Source of the DNA: Escherichia phage FL18
DNA: 64,000 nt
Direction: 5' to 3' (one strand)
Sequence record: PP400780
Below are positions 29,064 to 37,754 of the stretch, one piece after another. Both the position numbers and the translations under genes were made by a program. The notes under the pieces were generated by a model. That model saw nothing but the letters and a program-made list of their open reading frames with translations, was not told where the DNA came from and searched no databases. Numbering within the stretch: the stretch's first letter is position 1; each line of letters starts with the position of its first letter.

Positions 29064-29520
29064 AAACTATATCAAGGGCGATATTGTCGCCCTGTTTTCT
29101 AAAGGTAATAATATTGCTCACGGGTGTAATTGTTTTCATACAATGGGCGCTGGTGTGGCAGGACAATTAGCAAAGGCTTATCCAAAAATTCTGGAAGCCG
29201 ATAAACTTCAAACCGAATTCGGAGACAAGTCTAAACTCGGGACTTATTCGGTTTATGAAAAATATTTTAAGACCCATAAAGCTTATTGCTTTAATCTTTA
29301 TACACAGTTTGGGCCGGGACCTAATTTTGAGTACTCTGCTTTAATGAATTGTATAATAGAATTAAATGAATTCGGAAAGAATAAGATAACAAAGCCTGTA
29401 ATTTATATGCCAAGAATTGGTGCAGGTATTGGTGGTGGAAACTGGGATGTCATCGAAGAGATTTTAGATACGTATTCCACTAAACTAGAAATTGTGATTG
29501 TTGATTGGGAACCTAAATGA
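29056..29520 (+). CDS. macro-domain protein (ADP-ribose binding/hydrolase fold)
   Basis: GDI...AHGCNCFHTMGAGVAGQL and IGAGIGGG motifs; start codon uncertain (GTG 29056 or TTG 29026). Confidence 0.55.
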   Translation: MIKNYIKGDIVALFSKGNNIAHGCNCFHTMGAGVAGQLAKAYPKILEADKLQTEFGDKSKLGTYSVYEKYFKTHKAYCFNLYTQFGPGPNFEYSALMNCIIELNEFGKNKITKPVIYMPRIGAGIGGGNWDVIEEILDTYSTKLEIVIVDWEPK

Positions 29521-29699
29521 AATTAACTAAAGAAGAGAAAGCTAAACTGTTCGAACTTATCCATGACCTATTGGATGAACAAGCAGCCACCAATGCGTAC
29601 GATGAATATGCTCCTTTAACAGATGAAGAATATCACGCATTGATGGAATCATTTGACAGGAAAGAACAAGAACTCATTGACTACGTGAATTCACTATAA
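29517..29699 (+). CDS. hypothetical protein
   Basis: 60 aa. Confidence 0.4.
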   Translation: MKLTKEEKAKLFELIHDLLDEQAATNAYDEYAPLTDEEYHALMESFDRKEQELIDYVNSL

Positions 29700-29708
29700 G
29701 GGACTCTT

Positions 29709-30290
29709 ATGGCTAGTTTAATTTTTACATATGCCGCTATGAACGCTGGTAAGTCTGCTTCATTACTTACTGCCGCACATAACTATAAAGAACGTGGCAT
29801 GGGTGTATTAGTTCTTAAACCGGCTATTGATACTCGTGATTCAAAAGGTGAAATAGTCTCTCGTATTGGTATTCGTCAGGACGCCAATATAATTACAAAA
29901 GACATGGATATCTTTGAATTCTATAAATGGGCTGCAGCACAAAAGGATATTCACTGCGTATTTGTTGACGAAGCTCAGTTCTTAACTACTGAAAAGGTGT
30001 ATCAACTTAGTCGTATTGTTGACGTATACAATGTGCCGGTAATGGCATATGGACTACGAACAGATTTTAAAGGTAATCTATTTGAAGGTTCTCAAGCATT
30101 AATGGCTATTGCCGATAAGCTTGTTGAACTTAAAGGTGTCTGTCATTGCGGTAAAAAGGCCACAATGGTAGCTAGAGTCACGGAAGACGGACTTCCAATT
30201 ACAGATGGCAGTCAAATTGAAATTGGTGATACCGATAGATATGTGTCATTATGCCGGAAGCATTGGAACGATTTGACAGGGTTGTTATAA
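29709..30290 (+). CDS. tk: thymidine kinase
   Basis: P-loop AMNAGKSASL, zinc ribbon CHCGKKA...C; 193 aa. Confidence 0.85.
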   Translation: MASLIFTYAAMNAGKSASLLTAAHNYKERGMGVLVLKPAIDTRDSKGEIVSRIGIRQDANIITKDMDIFEFYKWAAAQKDIHCVFVDEAQFLTTEKVYQLSRIVDVYNVPVMAYGLRTDFKGNLFEGSQALMAIADKLVELKGVCHCGKKATMVARVTEDGLPITDGSQIEIGDTDRYVSLCRKHWNDLTGLL

Positions 30291-30293
30291 ATA
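30286..30293 (+). promoter_or_regulatory. late promoter TATAAATA
   Basis: exact match overlapping tk stop. Confidence 0.35.
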
Positions 30294-30317
30294 CTAATAT
30301 CTAACCAAGAGGTATAT

Positions 30318-30530
30318 ATGCAGCAATTAAACGAAAGACAACTTCGTAATCTTACTGTAACCCAATTGGATGAAATCCGAAGAGAATTAGGACATTCTAT
30401 TTCTCATTTAAACGAGGATATCCGTCAAACTGGTTCTAAAGCTGATTATACACGCAAGCGCAAGCTGGAAAAATACCTCACAGATGTTAAGGCCGTCCAA
30501 AGGCGAAAAATAAATACTGGCCAAAATTAA
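30318..30530 (+). CDS. hypothetical protein
   Basis: 70 aa, SD GAGG. Confidence 0.45.
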   Translation: MQQLNERQLRNLTVTQLDEIRRELGHSISHLNEDIRQTGSKADYTRKRKLEKYLTDVKAVQRRKINTGQN

Positions 30531-30542
30531 CAGGAGGCCTAT

Positions 30543-30845
30543 ATGGCCTTAAGAGCGATAGCTGTCATGGCGAGGCTGGGGTTTTTTGCAGCAACAACTC
30601 CTATCGTTGGTACTGCATATATCGACCCATATTTTGATAACTTTATGGAATCAGGGATTAAAAACGTATATACTTTGTTTGAAATTCAAAATGTCGAGAA
30701 TTCTGAAAAATTCTATAAGTATATGGCAAAGCATTACAAAAATAGCCCCTGTGATGATGCATTTGAATGTCATGAACAAGGCATAAAAACTGCCAGACAA
30801 TTTGCCGAGTTCATGAAAATAAAATTAGAGCCTACGTCTATCTAA
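30543..30845 (+). CDS. rI: lysis inhibition regulator RI
   Basis: 100 aa; N-terminal hydrophobic segment, DPYFDNFMESGI...CDDAFEC similar to recalled T4 RI. Confidence 0.7.
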   Translation: MALRAIAVMARLGFFAATTPIVGTAYIDPYFDNFMESGIKNVYTLFEIQNVENSEKFYKYMAKHYKNSPCDDAFECHEQGIKTARQFAEFMKIKLEPTSI

Positions 30846-30851
30846 TTTACT

Positions 30852-30880
30852 AGCCCCTTCCGAAAGGTTGGGGCTTTTTT
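30852..30880 (+). terminator. intrinsic terminator, cassette copy 2
   Basis: agccccttccgaaaggttggggct + T-run. Confidence 0.6.
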
Positions 30881-30881
30881 G

Positions 30882-30889
30882 TATAAATA
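30882..30889 (+). promoter_or_regulatory. late promoter TATAAATA after terminator
   Basis: exact match. Confidence 0.45.
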
Positions 30890-30913
30890 TCCTTGTAAAC
30901 TAAGAGAGGATAT

Positions 30914-31471
30914 ATGAAATTTTTAAAATATGTAAGTTGGGTTGTTCTTGTTCCTATAGATTGGATCGCAGCGATTTTAGCAATTATTCTAGCACCATTT
31001 GTAGTTCCATTCCATAGTGAAAAAACCGGTAAACTACCTTATGGCTTTGACTGGATGATGACTTACGATAATCCTATCGATGGTGACCGCGGCCATGTTG
31101 AACGTTGGTCTAAAATACGTAAAATTCCTGTTATAGGTAAATATGCTCAACGCGTAGCTTGGCTATGGCGCAACAAAGCATATAATTTTTCTTATCATGT
31201 TTTAGGTCGCGAAGCTTCATCAGAATGGCACTATAAAGGCAACGCCGAAACTAAATCTGGATCTCCTGATCCGGCACATCATGGATATCTTTTAGTTTGG
31301 AACGAGTCTGCATGGGGATTATTCGCTGCTATACCTTATCTTAAGGTTGGTGGTATTACATTTTATCTGCGTGTTTACTGTGGTTGGAAACTTAAGAGTC
31401 TTTTGAGTCGTCCTATTCCACGCGCAATGCTTTCATTCCATATCAACCCTTTACGATATTACAAAAACTAA
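30914..31471 (+). CDS. membrane protein
   Basis: 185 aa, N-terminal TM helix. Confidence 0.5.
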   Translation: MKFLKYVSWVVLVPIDWIAAILAIILAPFVVPFHSEKTGKLPYGFDWMMTYDNPIDGDRGHVERWSKIRKIPVIGKYAQRVAWLWRNKAYNFSYHVLGREASSEWHYKGNAETKSGSPDPAHHGYLLVWNESAWGLFAAIPYLKVGGITFYLRVYCGWKLKSLLSRPIPRAMLSFHINPLRYYKN

Positions 31472-31475
31472 TCAA

Positions 31476-31504
31476 AGCCCCTTCCGAAAGGTTGGGGCTT
31501 TTTT
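31476..31504 (+). terminator. intrinsic terminator, cassette copy 3
   Basis: same hairpin sequence + T-run. Confidence 0.6.
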
Positions 31505-31514
31505 GCATTTAGCA

Positions 31515-31565
31515 GTTTACTTCTCCTCAGGTTGTGTTATAGTAGACCTTACTTACTAGAGGAGA
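31515..31565 (+). promoter_or_regulatory. PeSL
   Basis: GTTTAC + tctcctc ... gaggaga inverted repeat. Confidence 0.5.
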
Positions 31566-31570
31566 ACGTT

Positions 31571-31750
31571 ATGTCACGTAAAGAAAAAATTTCTAAGTTA
31601 ATGTTTTTTATTGAAGAGTACGCTAACGCTGTATCCGATTGGGAAAATGCCCACGGGTGTGAAGACGGTGATATCGATATCAATAAGGCAATGAAAAAGA
31701 TGGCTGATACGCACACTGAATTGCAAATGTATGTTAACGAGATTATGTGA
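31571..31750 (+). CDS. hypothetical protein
   Basis: 59 aa. Confidence 0.4.
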   Translation: MSRKEKISKLMFFIEEYANAVSDWENAHGCEDGDIDINKAMKKMADTHTELQMYVNEIM

Positions 31751-31757
31751 GGATATT

Positions 31758-31964
31758 ATGCTTTACGATTATACTGGAAAATCTGAAGACGGTGTACTTG
31801 AACTTTTACCTGAAAGCGCTGAAGATGATGATATAGTGGTGATGTTTTGTAAAAATGGTCCTGGGGATAAGGGATGGATTTATCTTCGCCAAGAAAATGA
31901 CTTAATTGTTTTGGACCCTAAACAAGTTGAAGAACTTTATCAACATTTAAAATACAATCGGTAG
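31758..31964 (+). CDS. hypothetical protein
   Basis: 68 aa, SD GAGGA. Confidence 0.4.
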   Translation: MLYDYTGKSEDGVLELLPESAEDDDIVVMFCKNGPGDKGWIYLRQENDLIVLDPKQVEELYQHLKYNR

Positions 31965-32003
31965 TTTACATCTTGGTAGGACTACTATAACATAGTCCTA
32001 CCA
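31964..32003 (+). promoter_or_regulatory. PeSL with inverted core (ggtaggactactataacatagtcctacc)
   Basis: same stem as other copies but loop sequence is the reverse complement. Confidence 0.45.
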
Positions 32004-32021
32004 AAACAAATGGAGAACAAA

Positions 32022-32132
32022 ATGAAACTTTTGCTTATTGCTTATGTTATAGTACAATACAATTATCCAATGTTTACGTATAACATGGTAAATGGTGTAA
32101 TGAATCTTATTGAAGCGAGTATGGTAAAATGA
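32022..32132 (+). CDS. very small hydrophobic ORF (36 aa)
   Basis: SD TGGAG; low confidence. Confidence 0.25.
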   Translation: MKLLLIAYVIVQYNYPMFTYNMVNGVMNLIEASMVK

Positions 32133-32308
32133 CACGTGAACAAGCTAATAAATTGATGGACCTTATCCGTGACTTACGTGAAGCCGATTCAGATTTGAAT
32201 GATGTAGCTTATCATGCGGTAAATGATAACGGAGACTTTTATGAAAATCAGGTTGATGCTTGTCAGAATGATTTGGTGAATTTTGTTGAAACTTTAATTG
32301 GTGAATAA
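32129..32308 (+). CDS. small acidic protein (59 aa)
   Basis: ATGA overlap. Confidence 0.35.
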   Translation: MTREQANKLMDLIRDLREADSDLNDVAYHAVNDNGDFYENQVDACQNDLVNFVETLIGE

Positions 32309-32309
32309 T

Positions 32310-32840
32310 ATGAAAACTGTAATTGAAACGACTGAGTTGTTTGGTGATTTATGTATCGAAAAACGTGGTTATGCTTACGTTCTGACACAAGAAGATGATG
32401 CGGTTACTATTCTTCCTATGGAACTGGACAAGATTTTGAAACTCAATCCATCAGGCCATGCATCTGTAATTAACATTGGTGAAGACCTTCAAGTTCGTTT
32501 TTATCACGGACTTTATAGTGGGGTTAATATCGAAACCGAAGATGAATGTTTTTCTATTAATAATTGGAAAACATTTGTCACTAAGGTGAAAGAATTCATG
32601 GAATCTGAAACAGCCAAAAAGGCCAAACTTCAATGGGCTAAATGCCGTAATGCTTTTATTACAAATCAGGACCGCCCTGACTATACAACAGTCCTAGGCG
32701 TTAATCCTTCTTATGAAGATGGTGATGTCATAGTTATTCGCCAAATTGATGACCTTCGTCAACATATCATTACATTAGACAAAGATGAGGCAGTTGCTCT
32801 TAAAGCTTATCTCGATTCTATTATCCCGACTTTGAAATAA
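32310..32840 (+). CDS. hypothetical protein
   Basis: 176 aa. Confidence 0.5.
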   Translation: MKTVIETTELFGDLCIEKRGYAYVLTQEDDAVTILPMELDKILKLNPSGHASVINIGEDLQVRFYHGLYSGVNIETEDECFSINNWKTFVTKVKEFMESETAKKAKLQWAKCRNAFITNQDRPDYTTVLGVNPSYEDGDVIVIRQIDDLRQHIITLDKDEAVALKAYLDSIIPTLK

Positions 32841-32849
32841 GGAATTATT

Positions 32850-33323
32850 ATGATTATCAATGAAAACTCTTGGCACTTTAAAATTTATACCGCGTTTAAT
32901 AGTACATGGAATCGTCCGAAAACGTTGTGTGCTTATTTTTGGAAAACGTTAATCCCAGTATTGGCTGCTTCAATTATTGGATTTGCGATTTTAGCAGCAG
33001 TCACAATCATTGGCCAGGAAATTTTAACTAAATTCTTTGTTTTTAGCAGTCTATGGACATTAGTTCCGGCTTCAATTGGTGTAGGCATTTTAATGGTAGC
33101 AGTCATGGCTTTTATTGCTACCGGGTTGGTAATTGGTCCGTCTTGGTTGTTAGACAAATATAACGACAGAAAATATTATAAAGAAATTGAGCTCATTGCG
33201 CAAAACCAAGAACGAATTAAAAATGGACTTGAGCCTATTGAACGTAAGAAATCATTAATAGGTGAATACCTTAAAGCTCGTAAAGAAAAAGTCTGTCCTA
33301 CTCTTGAATATAAGGCTAAATGA
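32850..33323 (+). CDS. membrane protein
   Basis: 157 aa, two TM segments. Confidence 0.5.
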   Translation: MIINENSWHFKIYTAFNSTWNRPKTLCAYFWKTLIPVLAASIIGFAILAAVTIIGQEILTKFFVFSSLWTLVPASIGVGILMVAVMAFIATGLVIGPSWLLDKYNDRKYYKEIELIAQNQERIKNGLEPIERKKSLIGEYLKARKEKVCPTLEYKAK

Positions 33324-34309
33324 TGAAAACGATTGTTAAGTCTTACTTTGGTAGCCACCTTTATGGAACGTCTACTCCTGAATCTGACGTCGATTTTAAA
33401 GAAATTTATGTCCCTCATGCTCGTGATATCTTGACCGGTAACGTTAAAGAACATATGAGCAAGAACACGAATAACACATCTTCTAAGAACACAAAAGACG
33501 ATGTGGATCATGAGTTGTATAGTCTCAAATATTTCTTTAAACTAGCTGCGGATGGTGAAACCGTCGCATTAGATATGCTTCACACTCCACCAAGTCTAGT
33601 AGTTAAATCTGATTTGCCTGATGTATGGAAGTATATTCAAGATAACAGGTCTCGTTTCTATACTACTAACATGAAATCTTATTTAGGGTATGTCCGTAAG
33701 CAAGCTTCTAAATACGGTGTCAAGGGTTCTCGACTGGCTGTTCTTCGTCAAGCCCTTAAACGTTCTAATGAATGGGGACAATACTTTGATAATGGTGCAG
33801 TAATTCGTTTATCACATATGAAGAATGTTCTGCCTGTAGGTGAATTTGCTTCGTGGGTTGAAACCGAAAACGAGAAAACAGGTAAGCAAACATTCTATAA
33901 TCTGTTAGACCGTAAATTCCAAGATACGTTAACCAATAAAGAGTTCAATGCCATCCTGGTTAAACTGGAAGAGAACTATGGCGAACGTGCTCGTAAGGCA
34001 GAAGCCAACGAAGGTATTGACTGGAAAGCATTGAGTCATGCATGTCGTGGTGGACTTCAATTATTGGAAATTTACAAAACCGGCGACCTGGTTTACCCAC
34101 TTCAGGATGCTCCATTTATTCTCGATGTTAAGCTTGGTAAACATACGTTTAAAACTGTACAAGAATTCCTAGAAGATATCGTTGACCAAGTTGAACATGC
34201 GTCAGAACAAGCCGCTAAGAACGGTATGCAACAAAAAGTAGATATGAGTTTCTGGGATGACTTCCTTGAACAAGTCTACTTAGAAAACCACAATTCGTAC
34301 TATAAATGA
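33320..34309 (+). CDS. nucleotidyltransferase-fold protein (Pol-beta superfamily)
   Basis: motif GSHLYGTSTPESDVDF (GS-x10-DxD) and downstream acidic DHE; 329 aa. Confidence 0.5.
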   Translation: MMKTIVKSYFGSHLYGTSTPESDVDFKEIYVPHARDILTGNVKEHMSKNTNNTSSKNTKDDVDHELYSLKYFFKLAADGETVALDMLHTPPSLVVKSDLPDVWKYIQDNRSRFYTTNMKSYLGYVRKQASKYGVKGSRLAVLRQALKRSNEWGQYFDNGAVIRLSHMKNVLPVGEFASWVETENEKTGKQTFYNLLDRKFQDTLTNKEFNAILVKLEENYGERARKAEANEGIDWKALSHACRGGLQLLEIYKTGDLVYPLQDAPFILDVKLGKHTFKTVQEFLEDIVDQVEHASEQAAKNGMQQKVDMSFWDDFLEQVYLENHNSYYK

Positions 34310-34312
34310 TAA

Positions 34313-34329
34313 GGGCCTTCGGGCCCTTT
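34313..34329 (+). terminator. UUCG hairpin (gggcc-ttcg-ggccc + TTT)
   Basis: seen in sequence. Confidence 0.45.
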
Positions 34330-34357
34330 AGGGGGTCAAAATATTTTTAAAAAGTAG

Positions 34358-34390
34358 TGTACACGCTTTTAGGATATGTTATTATAGACC
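34358..34390 (+). promoter_or_regulatory. PeSL-like early promoter
   Basis: TGTACA ... TATGTTATTATAGACC. Confidence 0.45.
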
Positions 34391-34415
34391 TATCAAAACA
34401 AGAGGAGAAAACAAA

Positions 34416-34634
34416 ATGAAAACCAAAATGTTAGAAATGATTCGTGAAGCAGGTGATAAAGGTCTTATGGTTAACACTCGTGATGCAGACCAACGTCAAG
34501 CATTCGGTGAACTGAAAGCTAAAGGTCTAGTTAAAGCATCCTTAGGAATTGGTAATGCATTACGAGTCACCTTAACCCCAGCCGGTAAAGCAGTGTTCTT
34601 TCAACCTCTTACCAAAAAATCTCGTCGCAAATAA
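34416..34634 (+). CDS. small basic protein
   Basis: 72 aa. Confidence 0.45.
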   Translation: MKTKMLEMIREAGDKGLMVNTRDADQRQAFGELKAKGLVKASLGIGNALRVTLTPAGKAVFFQPLTKKSRRK

Positions 34635-34636
34635 TT

Positions 34637-34673
34637 GTTTACTTTTGCTTTAAACATGTTATTATAGACCTAT
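34637..34673 (+). promoter_or_regulatory. PeSL-like early promoter
   Basis: GTTTAC + TGCTTTA + CATGTTATTATAGACC. Confidence 0.45.
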
Positions 34674-34703
34674 CGAAACGAAATGAGTAAATTGGAGAAT
34701 AAA

Positions 34704-35684
34704 ATGTTCAACGTTCAAATCAAAAAAGGTATCTATCGTAATAACGAAATCTCTGGTTCTTATGTTGCCACAAAGACCTGGTTCCCGGCAAAGCTTAATC
34801 CTGAATGTTCCCACTTAGGTGATGGTAAAATTTTCGTTATGATTGATGGTTCTGAACGTGGAGTATGGGTCTTCAAATCAGACATCATAATGGAAGGAGT
34901 TGAGACATCGCCAGTTGCAGTTGTTGAAAGCACTGAAGATATGAAAACTCGTATCAACAAACGCTTTAAAGTAATGAACATGATGACGAATGGCATTATC
35001 GATGGCAAAATTCGTTCACTCATTATTTCAGGTGCAGCTGGTATTGGTAAGACGTATTCTCTGGATAAAGCACTTAATAATGCTAATGATAACGGTTTCA
35101 TCAAATACAAAAGCATTAATGGTAAAATCTCTGGTATTGGCCTTTACGAACAACTTTGGCCCAACCGTGATGCAGACAGCGTTCTCTTAATCGACGACGT
35201 TGACGTATTCTCAGATATGGACATCTTGAACCTTCTTAAAGCAGCATTAGATACCGGAGATAAACGCAAAGTTTGTTGGAGCACTGCGTCATCTTATCTC
35301 GACGATAAGGGTATTGATAAAGAATTTGAGTTTGAAGGTACTATCGTTTTCATTACAAACGTTGATATCGATAAAGAGTTAGAACGCGGTTCTAAACTTG
35401 CTCCACACCTTCAAGCTTTAGTATCTCGTTCAGTGTATCTCGACCTTGGAGTACACTCTAATGAAGAGATTATGGTTCGAGTTGAAGATGTAATATTATC
35501 TACTGACATGATGCAGAAACGTGGTCTGACGGATGCAGAAACGTATAAAGCATTGTCCTGGATGAAGGCTAACGTATCTCGTCTTCGCAATGTATCATTA
35601 CGTACGGCTCTTTATGTAGCAGATTTTATTTCAACTGATAAAGATGGTTGGGAAGAAATCTCGGAAGTTACTTTACTGAAATAA
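34704..35684 (+). CDS. AAA+/P-loop ATPase
   Basis: Walker A GAAGIGKT, Walker B LLIDDVD; 326 aa. Confidence 0.55.
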   Translation: MFNVQIKKGIYRNNEISGSYVATKTWFPAKLNPECSHLGDGKIFVMIDGSERGVWVFKSDIIMEGVETSPVAVVESTEDMKTRINKRFKVMNMMTNGIIDGKIRSLIISGAAGIGKTYSLDKALNNANDNGFIKYKSINGKISGIGLYEQLWPNRDADSVLLIDDVDVFSDMDILNLLKAALDTGDKRKVCWSTASSYLDDKGIDKEFEFEGTIVFITNVDIDKELERGSKLAPHLQALVSRSVYLDLGVHSNEEIMVRVEDVILSTDMMQKRGLTDAETYKALSWMKANVSRLRNVSLRTALYVADFISTDKDGWEEISEVTLLK

Positions 35685-35822
35685 GCTTATAGGAAGTTCT
35701 GAGGTAACAAAAGCCATAAAGATGAATAATCATATGGCTTACCTCAAAGAAGGACACCAGGAACCTACTGAGGGCATAGAAATATTTAAAAATAATGATG
35801 TACAAATCAAAGAGGATATGTT

Positions 35823-36110
35823 ATGGATTTTATGCAAAAAATTAAAGCCGCAGTCGAACTCTATGCTCATCGTATGGTTAGTTCTACAATGCAATATAGC
35901 GAGGAGGTTCGCCAGGACTCTTCCTTGAAAGGAAAAACTAAAGCCTTAATTACCTTAGATCGTTTGCAAAAGAATGCTATAGAGATGCTCCAGTACGACA
36001 AGGGTGTATATAAGAAAGAGCAGGAAGAGAAACTTAAATCTGAAAAATTACAAAAAATCCCGAAGTCTGTTTGGTTCAGTGGAAAAAATACCGAAAAAAG
36101 TTTCTTTTAG
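35823..36110 (+). CDS. hypothetical protein
   Basis: 95 aa; preferred over overlapping ORF 35722..35928. Confidence 0.4.
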   Translation: MDFMQKIKAAVELYAHRMVSSTMQYSEEVRQDSSLKGKTKALITLDRLQKNAIEMLQYDKGVYKKEQEEKLKSEKLQKIPKSVWFSGKNTEKSFF

Positions 36111-36112
36111 TT

Positions 36113-36146
36113 GTTTACAAGGTCTATGGTTATGTTATTATAGACC
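36113..36146 (+). promoter_or_regulatory. PeSL (ggtctat ... atagacc)
   Basis: GTTTAC + stem-loop with TATGTTATTATAG. Confidence 0.5.
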
Positions 36147-36168
36147 TATCAACTACTGGAGGTAAAAC

Positions 36169-36696
36169 ATGAACGCTAAAGATATTTTCAACCTGGTAAA
36201 TTATAACGACGGTAAATTTAAATCTGAAGCACAAAGTAAGTTCTTTAATGACATTGCTTATGGTAATGAGATTACCGTGGACGGAGGTCAGATTTTCAAA
36301 TCTCGCTGGAATTGGATTGTTATCATAGATTCAGTTGGAATTGTTGAAGTCTACAAAAACACTAACAAAAAACGTACATTATTCTGGTCTCGTGAAACTA
36401 ACGAGCAGTACAAAAAGGATAAAGCATCTCGTTTATCCAAAGTAACCCAGGAAGATATCGAGTTTATCAAGAAAGATATCGAGATGTACGAAAATTTAAT
36501 TGCTGAAGACCAGGCAGTACTCGATAAGTTTGATGAAATTAAAGCTTCTCGTGAAATCCCTGACTTCATGAAAGAAACAGTAAACGAACGATACGCTCTC
36601 ACTTCAGAACGTATTGCAAACTATACAAAACAGAAAGCAGAACGTATTAGTACTCTTCGGAAATTTGAAGAACGTTTAAAGACGGTTCACGCATAA
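36169..36696 (+). CDS. hypothetical protein
   Basis: 175 aa. Confidence 0.5.
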   Translation: MNAKDIFNLVNYNDGKFKSEAQSKFFNDIAYGNEITVDGGQIFKSRWNWIVIIDSVGIVEVYKNTNKKRTLFWSRETNEQYKKDKASRLSKVTQEDIEFIKKDIEMYENLIAEDQAVLDKFDEIKASREIPDFMKETVNERYALTSERIANYTKQKAERISTLRKFEERLKTVHA

Positions 36697-36698
36697 AC

Positions 36699-36723
36699 GC
36701 TTTACCCAAGGACGGGTTATAAT
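36699..36723 (+). promoter_or_regulatory. candidate middle promoter (GCTTTA + 13 nt + TATAAT)
   Basis: seen in sequence. Confidence 0.35.
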
Positions 36724-36758
36724 GGTTTTGAGTTCCAATTCAATCTGAGGAAATAGTT

Positions 36759-37754
36759 ATGAGCATTACATCTTATGCGGTAAAACATGAAATTAACGGT
36801 TTATGTGCTTCACAGATTAAAGTGTGGTTTAAAGACCATAATGATCGCAGAGCACTTAATTATGAACAAATTGCTATCCAAGTTCATCAATTACTGGTTA
36901 GTAAATTTGATTTTCATATGCCGTCTGAAATCTATACTAATCTACCGCGAGCGCTTATTAAAGCGTGTAAAGGTTATGGAAAATCAATGGCTGATGGAAT
37001 CTTCAGCGCGCTGAATAAACTTAACGTTCTGTCGATGATTAACTCTAACAATATCCTGCGTAATTTAGGACGTACTGATTTGTTCGGTCGTGAACAGGGT
37101 AAAATGCCTTTGAAATGGATTGTTGCTCATCTTAACGAGAACCAAACACGTTTTCTGGCTGTATCAGCACGTTTACAAATGGGCCTAGATCGTCAGATGA
37201 ACTTTAAAACTCATCCACGTTATTCAGGTTCAACAGACTTTTATAAATGTGAGCTTCAAAAGGTCGGTGGCAAAACTGTCTTAGTAGTTCGTGTAACTTT
37301 TGAAGGACGACGTCAAGGATATTTTAACCTAATTGGCTCTGGTCTTAAACATTGCGGATTTATCGACGAAGTTGATATCAAGCGAGACGGCATTGGATAT
37401 CGTATTGGATATGTTTGTACTCTTAAAGAAGAGATTTTAGGCCCGATCCCAGGACTAAAAGACGTTAGATATAAAGACGAGCTCGTTGAAGAAATAAAAG
37501 AAGTTGAATATGATATCAACCAAGAAGATGCTCTTAAAGACCTTATTGATGAACTAAACCAAGACGTTATTCCGGTTCAGAAATTTGAATCAAAACATGC
37601 TGAGCAAATCAAATACTTTGAAGCTTTGATTAACGAACTTAATGTAACTATTCAACAGACTGACGATGAAATCTCACGATTAGCAGGCTTAAACGGTAAA
37701 AATAAAACAGAACGAGCTAATCTTATTCAAGTAGTAAAACTTCTTAAGGAATGA
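36759..37754 (+). CDS. hypothetical protein with C-terminal coiled coil
   Basis: 331 aa. Confidence 0.5.
   Translation: MSITSYAVKHEINGLCASQIKVWFKDHNDRRALNYEQIAIQVHQLLVSKFDFHMPSEIYTNLPRALIKACKGYGKSMADGIFSALNKLNVLSMINSNNILRNLGRTDLFGREQGKMPLKWIVAHLNENQTRFLAVSARLQMGLDRQMNFKTHPRYSGSTDFYKCELQKVGGKTVLVVRVTFEGRRQGYFNLIGSGLKHCGFIDEVDIKRDGIGYRIGYVCTLKEEILGPIPGLKDVRYKDELVEEIKEVEYDINQEDALKDLIDELNQDVIPVQKFESKHAEQIKYFEALINELNVTIQQTDDEISRLAGLNGKNKTERANLIQVVKLLKE

Noticed and set aside
35722-35928. 68-aa ORF overlapping the start of ORF 35823
   Set aside because: Weak SD, and overlaps a degenerate promoter element and the better-supported 35823 ORF
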